Assembly: GCA_965228875.1 (NCBI GenBank)
Contig: OZ245843.1
Span: 4,012,616-4,076,615, forward strand
Source: Thalassobaculaceae bacterium
Lineage (GTDB): Bacteria; Pseudomonadota; Alphaproteobacteria; Thalassobaculales; Thalassobaculaceae
Length of the DNA: 64,000 bases
Reading direction: 5' to 3'
Shown here: positions 29,796 to 38,946 of the stretch, one piece after another
Layout: each line of letters starts with the position of its first letter
How positions within the stretch are numbered: the stretch's first letter is position 1
Translations under genes and position numbers: made by a program
Notes under the pieces: model-generated
What the model saw: the letters and a program-made list of their open reading frames with translations, nothing else
Databases searched by the model: none
Told to the model about the DNA's origin: nothing

Positions 29796-30609
29796 GCCTT
29801 CAGTCTGCTCCCTCAACTATTACGATTCGGTAAAGGCGCGCCCGGCGATCATCGTCGGACTCCTCCTGGCGTTGTGCGGGTCGATGATGGCCGGATCGGG
29901 ACGCGTTTGGGCCCAGACCGGGGCCGGTGAGCCGTCGGCGCAGGTCTATGACCGGTGTCTGGGACAGGCGCGGTCGGCGCCGGAGGCGGCCTATGACGCG
30001 GCCCTCGCCTGGCACGAGGCCGGTGGCGGTCTGCCGGCACGCCACTGTGCCGCGGTCGCGCTGCTCGGGCTGAAGGCCTATGACGAGGCGGCGTCGCGGC
30101 TGGAGACGCTGGCGGCCGAAGTGCCCGACGCCCGCGCCGACCTGCGCATCGGACTGATCGCCCAGGCGGCACAGGCGTGGCTGATCTCGGGCCGCGCCGC
30201 CCGCGCGGAGGAACTCCTGACCCTGGCGGTCGAGGCGCGGCCGCGCGACCCGCAGCTGCGCGCCGATCGGGCGGTGGCCCGGCTCTCCCTCGGCGACCGC
30301 TGGGGGGCGATCGACGACCTCGACATCGCCCTCGAGGCCGCGCCGGACGATGTGGAACTGCTGCTTTATCGCGCCTCGGCATACCGCTATCTCGGCGTCG
30401 CCGACCTGGCCCGTGACGATGTCGACCGCGCACTTGCCCGCGCTCCGGACTCGCCGAGCGCCTGGCTGGAGCGCGGCATTCTCGACCGGCTCGCCGGCGA
30501 TCCGGCGGCGGCCCGCCGGGCCTGGGTCAGGGTGCTGGAGCTGGGAGCGGACGGCCCTGTCGCCGACGCCGCGCGGGCGCGCATCGAGGCGCTGGACGTC
30601 GCACGCTAG
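29794..30609 (+). CDS. Exported tetratricopeptide-repeat protein (start uncertain)
   Basis: Hydrophobic signal-like stretch ending VWA-Q; several Ala-rich TPR units. Confidence 0.75.
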   Translation: MPSVCSLNYYDSVKARPAIIVGLLLALCGSMMAGSGRVWAQTGAGEPSAQVYDRCLGQARSAPEAAYDAALAWHEAGGGLPARHCAAVALLGLKAYDEAASRLETLAAEVPDARADLRIGLIAQAAQAWLISGRAARAEELLTLAVEARPRDPQLRADRAVARLSLGDRWGAIDDLDIALEAAPDDVELLLYRASAYRYLGVADLARDDVDRALARAPDSPSAWLERGILDRLAGDPAAARRAWVRVLELGADGPVADAARARIEALDVAR

Positions 30610-30722
30610 AGTGCGGCCGGCTCGGATCGAACCGACCTGAACCGTGGATCGCCATCTAAGCCATTAAAAACAGAGCAAATTCACACGATCAGATGTTTCC
30701 ATCTGATCGTGATTTGCTCTAA
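30606..30722. repeat. CTAG-bounded two-armed palindromic element (copy 3, about 117 bp)
   Basis: Starts at CTAGAG (TPR gene stop); right arm AGAGCAAAT-TCA-CACGATCAGATG-TTTC-CATCTGATCGTG-ATTTGCTCT. Confidence 0.78.
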
Positions 30723-30780
30723 GTCATCGAAGATCGGACATGCTCCTACGGGCGGGTCCTTCATCGGGTCGTGATCGACC

Positions 30781-31176
30781 CTACACCGCCACCGACTGGC
30801 TCTCCACCGGAACCGCGGCCAGACCGTCGTCGTCGTGTCCCGTCTCCGCGGCGAGGATCAGGCCGGCGAACTCCGAGAGGAAGACCGAGCCTTTCACCGT
30901 ACGCTGCACCAGCACGCTGCGCCGGTCTTCCTCGTCGACCTTGCGCCGCAGGAAGCCCAGCGTGCACAGCCGGTCGAGCGCACGGGTGACGGCGGGCTTG
31001 GAGATGTTCAGGGCAACGGCGAGGCCCCGCACGGTGTGCGGCGGCGCGGTCAGGTAGACGGTCAGCAGGAGCCCCATCTGCCGGGCGGTCAGGTCGGGAC
31101 CGTCGCGCCGCACGCTCTGCACGGTCGCCGCCCGCCAGAGGTTCAGAACTCGATGCTGCTGGTCGGATCGGTGCAT
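30781..31176 (-). CDS. MarR family transcriptional regulator
   Basis: LTARQ, SKPAVTRALDRL and DEEDRRSVLV motifs. Confidence 0.88.
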   Translation of the reverse strand: MHRSDQQHRVLNLWRAATVQSVRRDGPDLTARQMGLLLTVYLTAPPHTVRGLAVALNISKPAVTRALDRLCTLGFLRRKVDEEDRRSVLVQRTVKGSVFLSEFAGLILAAETGHDDDGLAAVPVESQSVAV

Positions 31177-31281
31177 TGGCGGCTCGTTTCCGGTCGTTCC
31201 GGTAGCGGATTGAAGATAGCGGTCCTCGTCTGTGAAGGGAAGCGCGATCGTTTCGAAGCTAGTCCGGTCGCCGGTTCGTGG

Positions 31282-32667
31282 CTAGGCGGGGAATCGCGCC
31301 TGTATCGTGCGGAACAGCGCACGCACGCCCTGCGCTTCCCCGCCTTCGGGCCGGCCGGGCCGGTCGCGGAGGTTCCAGGCGATCAGGTCGATATGCATCC
31401 AGGGTGTTGTTTTGGAAACGAAATGCTCCAGAAACAGGGCGGCGGTGATCGCTCCGCCATAGGGGCCCGAGCCGGTGTTGGACAGGTCGGCGATCTTGGT
31501 CTTCAGCATCGCGGCATAGGGCTGGTGCAGCGGAAGACGCCAGAGCGGATCCTCCTCCGCCACGCCGGTCTCCAGCACCTGGCTGGCCAGCGAATCGTCA
31601 TTGCAGAACATCGCCGGCAGGTCGGGGCCGAGGGCGACGCGCGCCGCGCCGGTCAGGGTGGCGAAGTCGATCAGGAGGTCCGGGCTCTCGCTGTCGGCCT
31701 CCGTCAGGGCGTCGCACAGGACCAGCCGACCCTCGGCGTCGGTGTTGCCGACCTCGACCGTCGTTCCCTTGCGGGTGCGGCAGATGTCCATCGGCAGGAA
31801 CGCGTTGCCCGAGACCATGTTCATCACCGCCGGAATCAGCACCCGCAGACGCACCGGCAGGTCGGCGGCCATGACCATGCGCGCCAGGGCGAGCACCTGG
31901 GCCGAACCGCCCATGTCCTTCTTCATGGTCAGCATGCCGTTCGACGGTTTCAGGTCGTAGCCGCCGGTATCGAAGCATACGCCCTTGCCGACCAGGGTGA
32001 CCTTCGGGGCCTTGGGATCGCCCCAGGTCAGGTCGATCAGCCGGGGCGCGTCCTCGGCGCCGCGGCCGACCATGTGGATGGTCGGGTAGTTCTTCTTGAG
32101 CAACTGGTCGCCGACCGTGACCGAGATCTTCGCCTTGAACTCCTTGGCGAGGGCCTTCGCCGCGTCGGACAGCTCGCTCGGCCTGAGATCCGAGCCGGGA
32201 GTGTTGATGAGATCGCGGGCCAGGCCGGTCGCGGCGGCGGCATTCTCGACGAAGTCGCGGTCGACGCCCTTGGGCCAGACCAGTTCCGCCTCGATCGCCG
32301 GCTTCTCGGTGTAGCGGGTGAACTGGTAGGTGGCCAGCGCCCAGCCGGTCGCCGCCCGGGTGGCGTCCTCGGCCGACAGGTCGGCGTCGATGGCGTAGCG
32401 TCCCGCAGGCAGCGCGCCGGGCAGCCCGGCGAAGTCCCAAACGCCAATGCGATCGGCCGCCGCAACGCCGAGCAGAACCCGCGCGATTTCGCCGTTCGGC
32501 CCCGGCACCACGCAGGTCTCGCCGGCCTTCGCCATGTAGCCGGTGGCGGCGATCCAGGTCTTGGTGGCGGCGTCGGCGTCCACCGTCCAGTCCGTCAGCC
32601 CGTCGGCGGTAACCGGTGTGATCGGGATGGTTCCGGTGGTGGCGCGGGCGACGAGGTTGAAGGCCAC
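31282..32667 (-). CDS. Leucyl aminopeptidase family (M17)
   Basis: VGKGVCFDTGG, MKKDMGG, NTDAEGRL and ATLTGA motifs; AGGAG RBS before GTG 32667. Confidence 0.93.
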   Translation of the reverse strand: MAFNLVARATTGTIPITPVTADGLTDWTVDADAATKTWIAATGYMAKAGETCVVPGPNGEIARVLLGVAAADRIGVWDFAGLPGALPAGRYAIDADLSAEDATRAATGWALATYQFTRYTEKPAIEAELVWPKGVDRDFVENAAAATGLARDLINTPGSDLRPSELSDAAKALAKEFKAKISVTVGDQLLKKNYPTIHMVGRGAEDAPRLIDLTWGDPKAPKVTLVGKGVCFDTGGYDLKPSNGMLTMKKDMGGSAQVLALARMVMAADLPVRLRVLIPAVMNMVSGNAFLPMDICRTRKGTTVEVGNTDAEGRLVLCDALTEADSESPDLLIDFATLTGAARVALGPDLPAMFCNDDSLASQVLETGVAEEDPLWRLPLHQPYAAMLKTKIADLSNTGSGPYGGAITAALFLEHFVSKTTPWMHIDLIAWNLRDRPGRPEGGEAQGVRALFRTIQARFPA

Positions 32668-32819
32668 GGCGGTTGCTCCTCGCTGGTGACGGCGGCATGA
32701 CGGGAGGATGACACGATCCTGCATCGGGTATACTCGCTGCGACTTAACAGGCACAAGCGAGCACCCCACATCGGGAGGTCGATGCGCCGCAGTCCGCGTA
32801 ACAGAAGGGGGAGTTCCCC

Positions 32820-33488
32820 ATGTCCGAGAACGCCGACAGTCCGCTGACGCTGATCATCGGGAACAAGAACTATTCGAGCTGGTCCCTGCGCGCCTGGCTG
32901 GCGGTCCGCCAGGCGGGTCTGGAGGCGAAGGAGATCGTGATCCCGCTCGACGAGCCGGGGTACAAGACGGAAATCCTGAAGCACTCGCCCTCCGGCCGGG
33001 TGCCGTGCCTGATCGACGGCGACCTGAAGATCTGGGACAGCCTGGCGATCGGCGAGTACGTGGCGGAACGCGTCCCGGAGGCCGGCCTGTGGCCCGACGA
33101 TCTCGGCGTCCGGGCGATCGCCCGCGCGGTCTCGGCGGAGATGCACAGCGGTTTTTCCGCCCTGCGCGAGCACATGCCGATGAACGTCCGCTCGCGCTTC
33201 CCCAAGGAGGGACGCAAGCCCGGCGTGCAGGAGGATATCGACCGGATCCGGGCGATCTGGCGGGGCTGCCGTTCGCGTCACGGCGCGGACGGGCCGTTCC
33301 TGTTCGGCCGCTTCACCATCGCCGACGCGATGTACGCTCCGGTGGTCAGCCGGTTCCGCACCTTCGCGGTCGAACTCGGCGCCGAGGAGCAGGCCTATGC
33401 CGACGCGGTCTGGGAGTTGGAGGCGATGCGGGCCTGGGCCGACGCGGCGGAGGACGAGCCGATGGTCATCGACGACGCGGAATTCTGA
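32820..33488 (+). CDS. Glutathione S-transferase family protein
   Basis: NKNYSSWSLR, GRVP, WDSLAI and FTIADAMYAP motifs. Confidence 0.92.
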   Translation: MSENADSPLTLIIGNKNYSSWSLRAWLAVRQAGLEAKEIVIPLDEPGYKTEILKHSPSGRVPCLIDGDLKIWDSLAIGEYVAERVPEAGLWPDDLGVRAIARAVSAEMHSGFSALREHMPMNVRSRFPKEGRKPGVQEDIDRIRAIWRGCRSRHGADGPFLFGRFTIADAMYAPVVSRFRTFAVELGAEEQAYADAVWELEAMRAWADAAEDEPMVIDDAEF

Positions 33489-33567
33489 GCCGCGGTGCGG
33501 ATCGCCCACCCGGGCCTGTTTGCGCCGCCGCCGTTCCGCGCTATCCTGCACGCATGGGGTGTGTGCG

Positions 33568-34461
33568 ATGAACGGACCGCGAATCCTGCAGGGCGTGTTT
33601 CTCACCGGCGAGCCGATCGTCGCCGTGATCCAGCCGCGCGCGCGGGCGCCGGTGATCCAGCCCAAGGCGAACCGGCCGGCCGGCGCGCCGACGGTGCCGG
33701 GGGCGGCCGCGGCGCAGCCCAAGACCGGCCAGGCCATGGATCCGCGATACCGGACAGCGGCCGGGCCATCCCTCGCCCCGGCCTCCACCGCGATGCCGTC
33801 GCGGCGCCTCTCGCCGGTGCACCCGGCCGCGGCCGAGGAGCCGACGATGCTGGCCCTGTCATCCCCGACCACCGCGCAGCTCATGGAGGGTGGCCCCGGG
33901 AGCGCCCCGGGAGGCGTCCGCGGGAGCACCCAGGAGAGTGGGTCGCCGAACGGGTCGCGGCGTCAGGACGAAACGGTGATGCGCACCGGTGGCGAGACCG
34001 CGTGGCTGATGTCGGCCGCGCCGCCGCGCGGTCACGGCCAGCCGTTGCCGCCGCTTGTGCAGGCACGGATGGAGGCGTTGTTCGGGGTCTCCTTCGCCGA
34101 CGTGCGGATCCATGTCGGGCATCACGTCAGTGCGGTCGGTGCCCTGGCCTATACCCACGGCTCGAACCTGCATTTCGCGCCCGGCCAGTACAATCCGCAC
34201 TCGACGGAGGGGCTGAAGCTGCTGGCGCACGAACTGACCCACGTGGTGCAGCAGCGCGAGGGGCGGGTGAAGAACCCGTTCGGCGAGGGCACGGCGATCG
34301 TCGCCAACAAGGCGCTCGAGGCGGAGGCGGACAGCCGGGCGATGGATATCGCCAAGGGACCGCCCCTGCTCCTGTGGCGGCCGGATCAGGCCGGTGCCGC
34401 GACTGTGGAGCCCCGGAACGCCGGCCCGGCCGGGCGGTCGCAACCGATCGATCAGCGGTGA
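33568..34461 (+). CDS. DUF4157 (eCIS core) domain protein
   Basis: GQPLP...FGVSFADVRIH...ALAYTHG...LLAHELTHVVQQ...LEAEAD; low-complexity N-terminus. Confidence 0.85.
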   Translation: MNGPRILQGVFLTGEPIVAVIQPRARAPVIQPKANRPAGAPTVPGAAAAQPKTGQAMDPRYRTAAGPSLAPASTAMPSRRLSPVHPAAAEEPTMLALSSPTTAQLMEGGPGSAPGGVRGSTQESGSPNGSRRQDETVMRTGGETAWLMSAAPPRGHGQPLPPLVQARMEALFGVSFADVRIHVGHHVSAVGALAYTHGSNLHFAPGQYNPHSTEGLKLLAHELTHVVQQREGRVKNPFGEGTAIVANKALEAEADSRAMDIAKGPPLLLWRPDQAGAATVEPRNAGPAGRSQPIDQR

Positions 34462-34469
34462 TCGGACGG

Positions 34470-34547
34470 GCTCAGTCTGCGTCGTTGACGCGATGGGCTC
34501 AGTCTGCGTCGTTGACGCGACGTGCTCAGTCTGCGTCGTTGACGCAG
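34470..34547. repeat. 27-bp tandem repeat, 3 copies
   Basis: GCTCAGTCTGCGTCGTTGACGC core at 34470, 34497 and 34524; hairpin GCGTC-GTT-GACGC. Confidence 0.9.
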
Positions 34548-34783
34548 TGCAGCGGCCGATCGAAATAGGTCGAGTCCGAGCAGCGCTTCGTCGTGTATTT
34601 GTTCAGATAGTAGAACCCGTTCCGCCCGGTGGCGGCGTTCGGCACCGTGGTGAAGGCGGCGGCGCCCAAGACATACGGATTGCAGGCGCCAAGCATGCCG
34701 AGCAGCATACCGACGATTGTCAGGCGCAGGACAGTCGGGTGTAGGATCGTTGGGCACAGGACGGTCGATCGGACCATGGTCAT
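34526..34783 (-). CDS. Small putative lipoprotein
   Basis: Hydrophobic stretch ending in lipobox LGAC; two further Cys; exact start uncertain. Confidence 0.55.
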   Translation of the reverse strand: MTMVRSTVLCPTILHPTVLRLTIVGMLLGMLGACNPYVLGAAAFTTVPNAATGRNGFYYLNKYTTKRCSDSTYFDRPLHCVNDAD

Positions 34784-34958
34784 CCTCCGAACTTCTTTCG
34801 GTTGGCGAATCTGCCGGACACCACCATTTTAGTGGATACGGGGATAATACATAAAATGCCGATTATTTCCAGCGCAAAACCCCACTGCGCGGATCGGGTC
34901 TATGCCGTGCCGAGGCGCCTCCTTATCTTCGCATCGAAACCAACCGGAGCACCTCCCG

Positions 34959-35576
34959 ATGTCTGTCGCTGAACCGCTTGCGGCCGCCGCTTCTCCCGAC
35001 ACCCTGGATCTCCTGCTGACCCGCCGGTCGGTGGTCGCAAAGAACCTGGGCGAACCGGGCCCCGACGCCGCCACGCTCGAGAAGATCATCGCCGCCGGTC
35101 TGCGGGTTCCCGATCACGGCAAGCTGGGCCCGTGGCGCGTCCAGATTCTGTTGAAGGAGGGGCAGGCGGCCCTTGGCGAGGTGTTCGCCGACGTCTTCGC
35201 CAGCGACAATCCCGACGCCGAGGACCGGCTGGTCGAGATGGAGCGCCGCCGGCCGCAACGCTCCCCCGTCCTGCTGGCCGTGACCTCGCGGATCGATCCG
35301 CATCACCCGAAGATCCCGGAGATCGAGCAGCGGCTCTCCGGCGGCGCGCTGTGCCAGAACATCCTGGTGGCAGCCCATGCCAGCGGCTTCGCCGCCCAGT
35401 GGCTGACCGAATGGCCGTCGTTCCATCCGGCGGTGAAGCAGGCGCTGGGACACGACGCGGAGACCGACATCATCGGCTTCATCTACATCGGCACCCCGAC
35501 CGAGCCGCCGACCGAGCGCGGTCGGCCGGCCTATGGCGATGTCGTCAGCGAGTGGACCGGGCCGTCAGGCGCCTGA
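34959..35576 (+). CDS. Nitroreductase family protein (YdjA-like)
   Basis: TRRS, RVPDHGKLGPW and GFAAQWLTEW motifs. Confidence 0.9.
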   Translation: MSVAEPLAAAASPDTLDLLLTRRSVVAKNLGEPGPDAATLEKIIAAGLRVPDHGKLGPWRVQILLKEGQAALGEVFADVFASDNPDAEDRLVEMERRRPQRSPVLLAVTSRIDPHHPKIPEIEQRLSGGALCQNILVAAHASGFAAQWLTEWPSFHPAVKQALGHDAETDIIGFIYIGTPTEPPTERGRPAYGDVVSEWTGPSGA

Positions 35577-37970
35577 TCCGGACGGTCCGGCGAAGCGCCG
35601 CCGGGCCTCGGCGAAGGCCCGCAGCCGGGCCTCGACAAGGGCGTTGATCGAGCCTTCGGCGAACGTTCCGTCGGCGCCGCGCGCGCCGGCGGGCGTTCCG
35701 GTCAGGACCTCGATCCCCTCGGCGATGGTAGCGATCGGCCAGACGTGGAAGCGGCCCGCGGCCACGGCTTCGCAGACGGCCGGTTTCAGCATCAGGTGGC
35801 GGGCATTGGCGGCGGGGATCATCACCCCCTGGTCGCCGGTTAGGCCGCGCGCCTCGCAGACGTCGAAGAAGCCCTCGATCTTCTCGTTGACGCCGCCGAT
35901 CGCCTGGACCTTGCCCATCTGGTTGACCGATCCGGTCACGGCGATGCCCTGGCGGATCGGCACCTCGGACAGTGCCGACAGCAGGGCGTAGAGCTCGGCC
36001 GAGGAGGCGCTGTCGCCGTCGACCCCGCCATAGGACTGCTCGAAGACCAGGCTCGCCTGCAGCGAGGTGGGCACGTCGGCCGCATAGGTCGCCGCGAGAT
36101 AGCCTTGCAGGATCAGCATGCCCTTGGAGTGCAGCGGGCCGCCCAGTTCCACCTCGCGCTCGATATCCACGACCTTGCCGGTGCCGGGGCGGACCCGCGC
36201 GGTGATCCGGCTCGGACGGCCGAAGGCATGGGCGCCGATCTGCAGCACGCTGAGCCCGTTCACCTGGCCGACAGTCTCGCCGTCGGTGGCGATGAGGACC
36301 GTCTCGCGCAGGATCTGCTCCCGCATCCGCCGCTCGATCCGGTTCGACCGGCGGCGATAGGCGTCGAGGGCGGCGTCGACATCGTCGCGCACGATCGTCC
36401 GGTGTTCGCGCTCCCGACCCTGGTAGTCGGCCTCGCGCAGCAGATCGGCGATCAGACCGACCCGCGTCGTCACCCGCTCGCTGTCGCCGACCATTCGGGA
36501 GCAGTGCTCGACCACCCGTTCCACCGCCGATCGGTCGAACGGACGCAGCTCCTCCTTCTGCTGGATCGTCGCGATCAGGCGGGCGAAGAGCGCGTCGTGC
36601 TCGTCGTCCCGCTCCATGATGTCGTCGAAATCGGCGGCGACCTTGAACAGGTCGGAGAAGTCCGGGTCGAGCGCGGCGAGCATGTGGTAGATGCGCTGGT
36701 CGCCGAACATCACCACCTTCACCGAGAGCGGAATGTCGACCGGTTGGATCGACACCGCGAGCGCCGTCGTCATCGCCTCCTGCGGGCTCTCGATCGTCAC
36801 CGACCCGTTGTACAACGCCCGCTTGAGCGCGTCCCAGGCGAACGGTTGCTGAATCAGCTTCAGGGCGTCGACCAGCAGGTAGCCGCCATTGGCCCGGTGC
36901 AGGGCGCCTGCGCGCACCAGGGTGAAGTCGGTCACCATCGACCCCATCTGGGCGCGGTACTCGATCCGGCCGACCAGGCGACCCAGGGTCGGATGGTCCT
37001 CCAGAACGACCGGCGCGCCGGAGCTCGACCCGTTGCTCACGAACACGTTGACCCGGAAGCGGCGCTGCGGATCGGCGGCGACGGCGGGATCGGCCTGGCC
37101 CTGGGCCTGGGAGGGGTCAGCGGGCTGGGCGAACAGGTTGATCTTCTCGACCAGGTCGGCGTGCAGGTCGCTCAGCCACGCGTCGAGCTCCGGCGTGGTC
37201 GCGAGCCCGTCGCGCACCTCGTCGATCTCGTCGTCGACAAGGGCGCGGGCGATCGTGTCGTTGAGCGCGCGTACCGCCTTCTGACGGTCGCGCTCGAGCA
37301 GCGGTCCCTTGCGCAGGGCTTCGCGCAGCAGTTCCTGCACCGCCTCGATCTCGGCCTGCAGGCGATCGCGCTGGTCGGCGGGCAGGGCGTTGAACTTCTC
37401 CGGCACCATGGGCTTGCCCTCGTCCGCCGGGGCAACGGCGAAACCCTGGGGCGTGCGGACCAGCAGCAGTTCCTTCGCCTGGGCGGCGGCGGCGACCGAT
37501 TCCAGTGCCGCCTCGGTCTTCTGGGCGAAGTCCCGGTCGATCGCCTCCCGGCGAAGGCGGTAGTCCTCGCCCTCGAGGACCGCCGCGACGGAGGCTTTCA
37601 GGTCGGCGATCAGTTTCTCGACCCGGTGGTGCAGCTCCGGCCCCTTGCCGGGCGGGAGGCGCAGGGCGATGGGCCGGTGCGGGTCCTTGAAGTCGTTGAC
37701 GTAGACCCAGTCGTCGACGGCGGGAAAACTCTCCGCCCGCCGGCGAAGATATCCGAGAACGGCTGAGTGCTTGCCCGATCCCTTCGGGCCGACGACGAAC
37801 AGGTTGTACCCGCGGGCCCGCATGCGTGCGGCGAAGCGGACAGCCTCCAGCGCCCGGTCCTGGCCGATCAGGGTGTCGACCGGCTCCAGGTCTTTGGTTG
37901 TCTGGAACCCGAGTGCCGACAGATCGGTGCGGCGGTACAGGGCATCGGCGCTCAACGCTGGGACGGGCAT
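35565..37970 (-). CDS. Lon-like S16 ATP-dependent protease (AAA_32/LonB-type)
   Basis: GQDRA, GPKGSGK, LHRANGG, DGDSAS (catalytic Ser) and GGVNEKIEGFF motifs. Confidence 0.9.
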   Translation of the reverse strand: MPVPALSADALYRRTDLSALGFQTTKDLEPVDTLIGQDRALEAVRFAARMRARGYNLFVVGPKGSGKHSAVLGYLRRRAESFPAVDDWVYVNDFKDPHRPIALRLPPGKGPELHHRVEKLIADLKASVAAVLEGEDYRLRREAIDRDFAQKTEAALESVAAAAQAKELLLVRTPQGFAVAPADEGKPMVPEKFNALPADQRDRLQAEIEAVQELLREALRKGPLLERDRQKAVRALNDTIARALVDDEIDEVRDGLATTPELDAWLSDLHADLVEKINLFAQPADPSQAQGQADPAVAADPQRRFRVNVFVSNGSSSGAPVVLEDHPTLGRLVGRIEYRAQMGSMVTDFTLVRAGALHRANGGYLLVDALKLIQQPFAWDALKRALYNGSVTIESPQEAMTTALAVSIQPVDIPLSVKVVMFGDQRIYHMLAALDPDFSDLFKVAADFDDIMERDDEHDALFARLIATIQQKEELRPFDRSAVERVVEHCSRMVGDSERVTTRVGLIADLLREADYQGREREHRTIVRDDVDAALDAYRRRSNRIERRMREQILRETVLIATDGETVGQVNGLSVLQIGAHAFGRPSRITARVRPGTGKVVDIEREVELGGPLHSKGMLILQGYLAATYAADVPTSLQASLVFEQSYGGVDGDSASSAELYALLSALSEVPIRQGIAVTGSVNQMGKVQAIGGVNEKIEGFFDVCEARGLTGDQGVMIPAANARHLMLKPAVCEAVAAGRFHVWPIATIAEGIEVLTGTPAGARGADGTFAEGSINALVEARLRAFAEARRRFAGPSGSGA

Positions 37971-38119
37971 TGTCTACCTCGTTCTCGGACCGGACGTTGC
38001 AAACCTTTGGTATTCGACACCTGCCGGCCGGTGATGTCGAGGGGTCGACGCCGGCCGGCGAGGGCGGTGTAATGGCGCACCGACCGAAAGAGAGATCGGC
38101 CAGAACCAGGGAGAGCGCC

Positions 38120-38905
38120 ATGCCGCACGCCGCGATCAACGGCATCGATCTGTACTACGAGGTGTCAGGGCAGGCGGACGGGCCGCCGATCCTGTTCTCC
38201 AACTCGCTGGCGTCCACCCTGCACATGTGGGACCCGCAGATGCCGGCCTTCGAGGCGCACTACAAGGTGATCCGCTACGACAGCCGGGGGCACGGAAAGT
38301 CCTCGGCGCCGGACGGCGCCTACAGCATCGAGACGCTGGTCGACGACGCGGTCGGCCTGCTCGACCACCTGGGCATCGCCAGAACCGATTTCTGCGGCCT
38401 GTCGAAGGGCGGCATGGTGGGGCAGCGCCTGGCGACCCTGCATCCGGAGCGGGTCGACCGGGTCGTGCTGTGCGACACCGCCTGCTACATGGGGCCGCCT
38501 GAGATGTGGGAGGGTCGGATCGAGACCGCCGGGGCCCGGGGCATGGCCGGCGTGGTCGACGCGACCATCCAGCGCTGGTTCACGCCCGGCTTTCAGGAGC
38601 GGGAGCCGGGCGAGGTGGACAAGGTCCGTCAGATGATCCTGGGAACGCCGGTCGCCGGGTTCATCGGCTGCTGCCGGGCGATCCAGGGGATGGATCAGCG
38701 CGAGACCATCCAGGCCATCGCCGCCCCGACGCTTGTCGTGGTCGGCGCCGACGATCCCGGCACGACGCCGGACGCGGCGCGCGAGATCCATAAGCGGATC
38801 GACGGTTCGACGCTGGAGATCCTGGCGGACGCCGCCCATCTGTCGAACATCGAACAGCCCGAGGCGTTCGACGCGGTCGTCCTCGGGTTCCTGGGGAAGG
38901 CGTAG
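38120..38905 (+). CDS. pcaD: 3-oxoadipate enol-lactonase-like hydrolase
   Basis: SNSL, RYDSRGHGKS, GLSKGG, RWFT and AAHLSNIEQP motifs. Confidence 0.8.
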   Translation: MPHAAINGIDLYYEVSGQADGPPILFSNSLASTLHMWDPQMPAFEAHYKVIRYDSRGHGKSSAPDGAYSIETLVDDAVGLLDHLGIARTDFCGLSKGGMVGQRLATLHPERVDRVVLCDTACYMGPPEMWEGRIETAGARGMAGVVDATIQRWFTPGFQEREPGEVDKVRQMILGTPVAGFIGCCRAIQGMDQRETIQAIAAPTLVVVGADDPGTTPDAAREIHKRIDGSTLEILADAAHLSNIEQPEAFDAVVLGFLGKA

Positions 38906-38946
38906 TCTCCACGGAAAGCCGTCGGCCCTCACCGATCAGAGCGCCC

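Noticed and set aside
34470..34547. Possible CRISPR array
   Set aside because: Only about 5 variable bases between cores; the unit is a copy of a gene end; no cas genes
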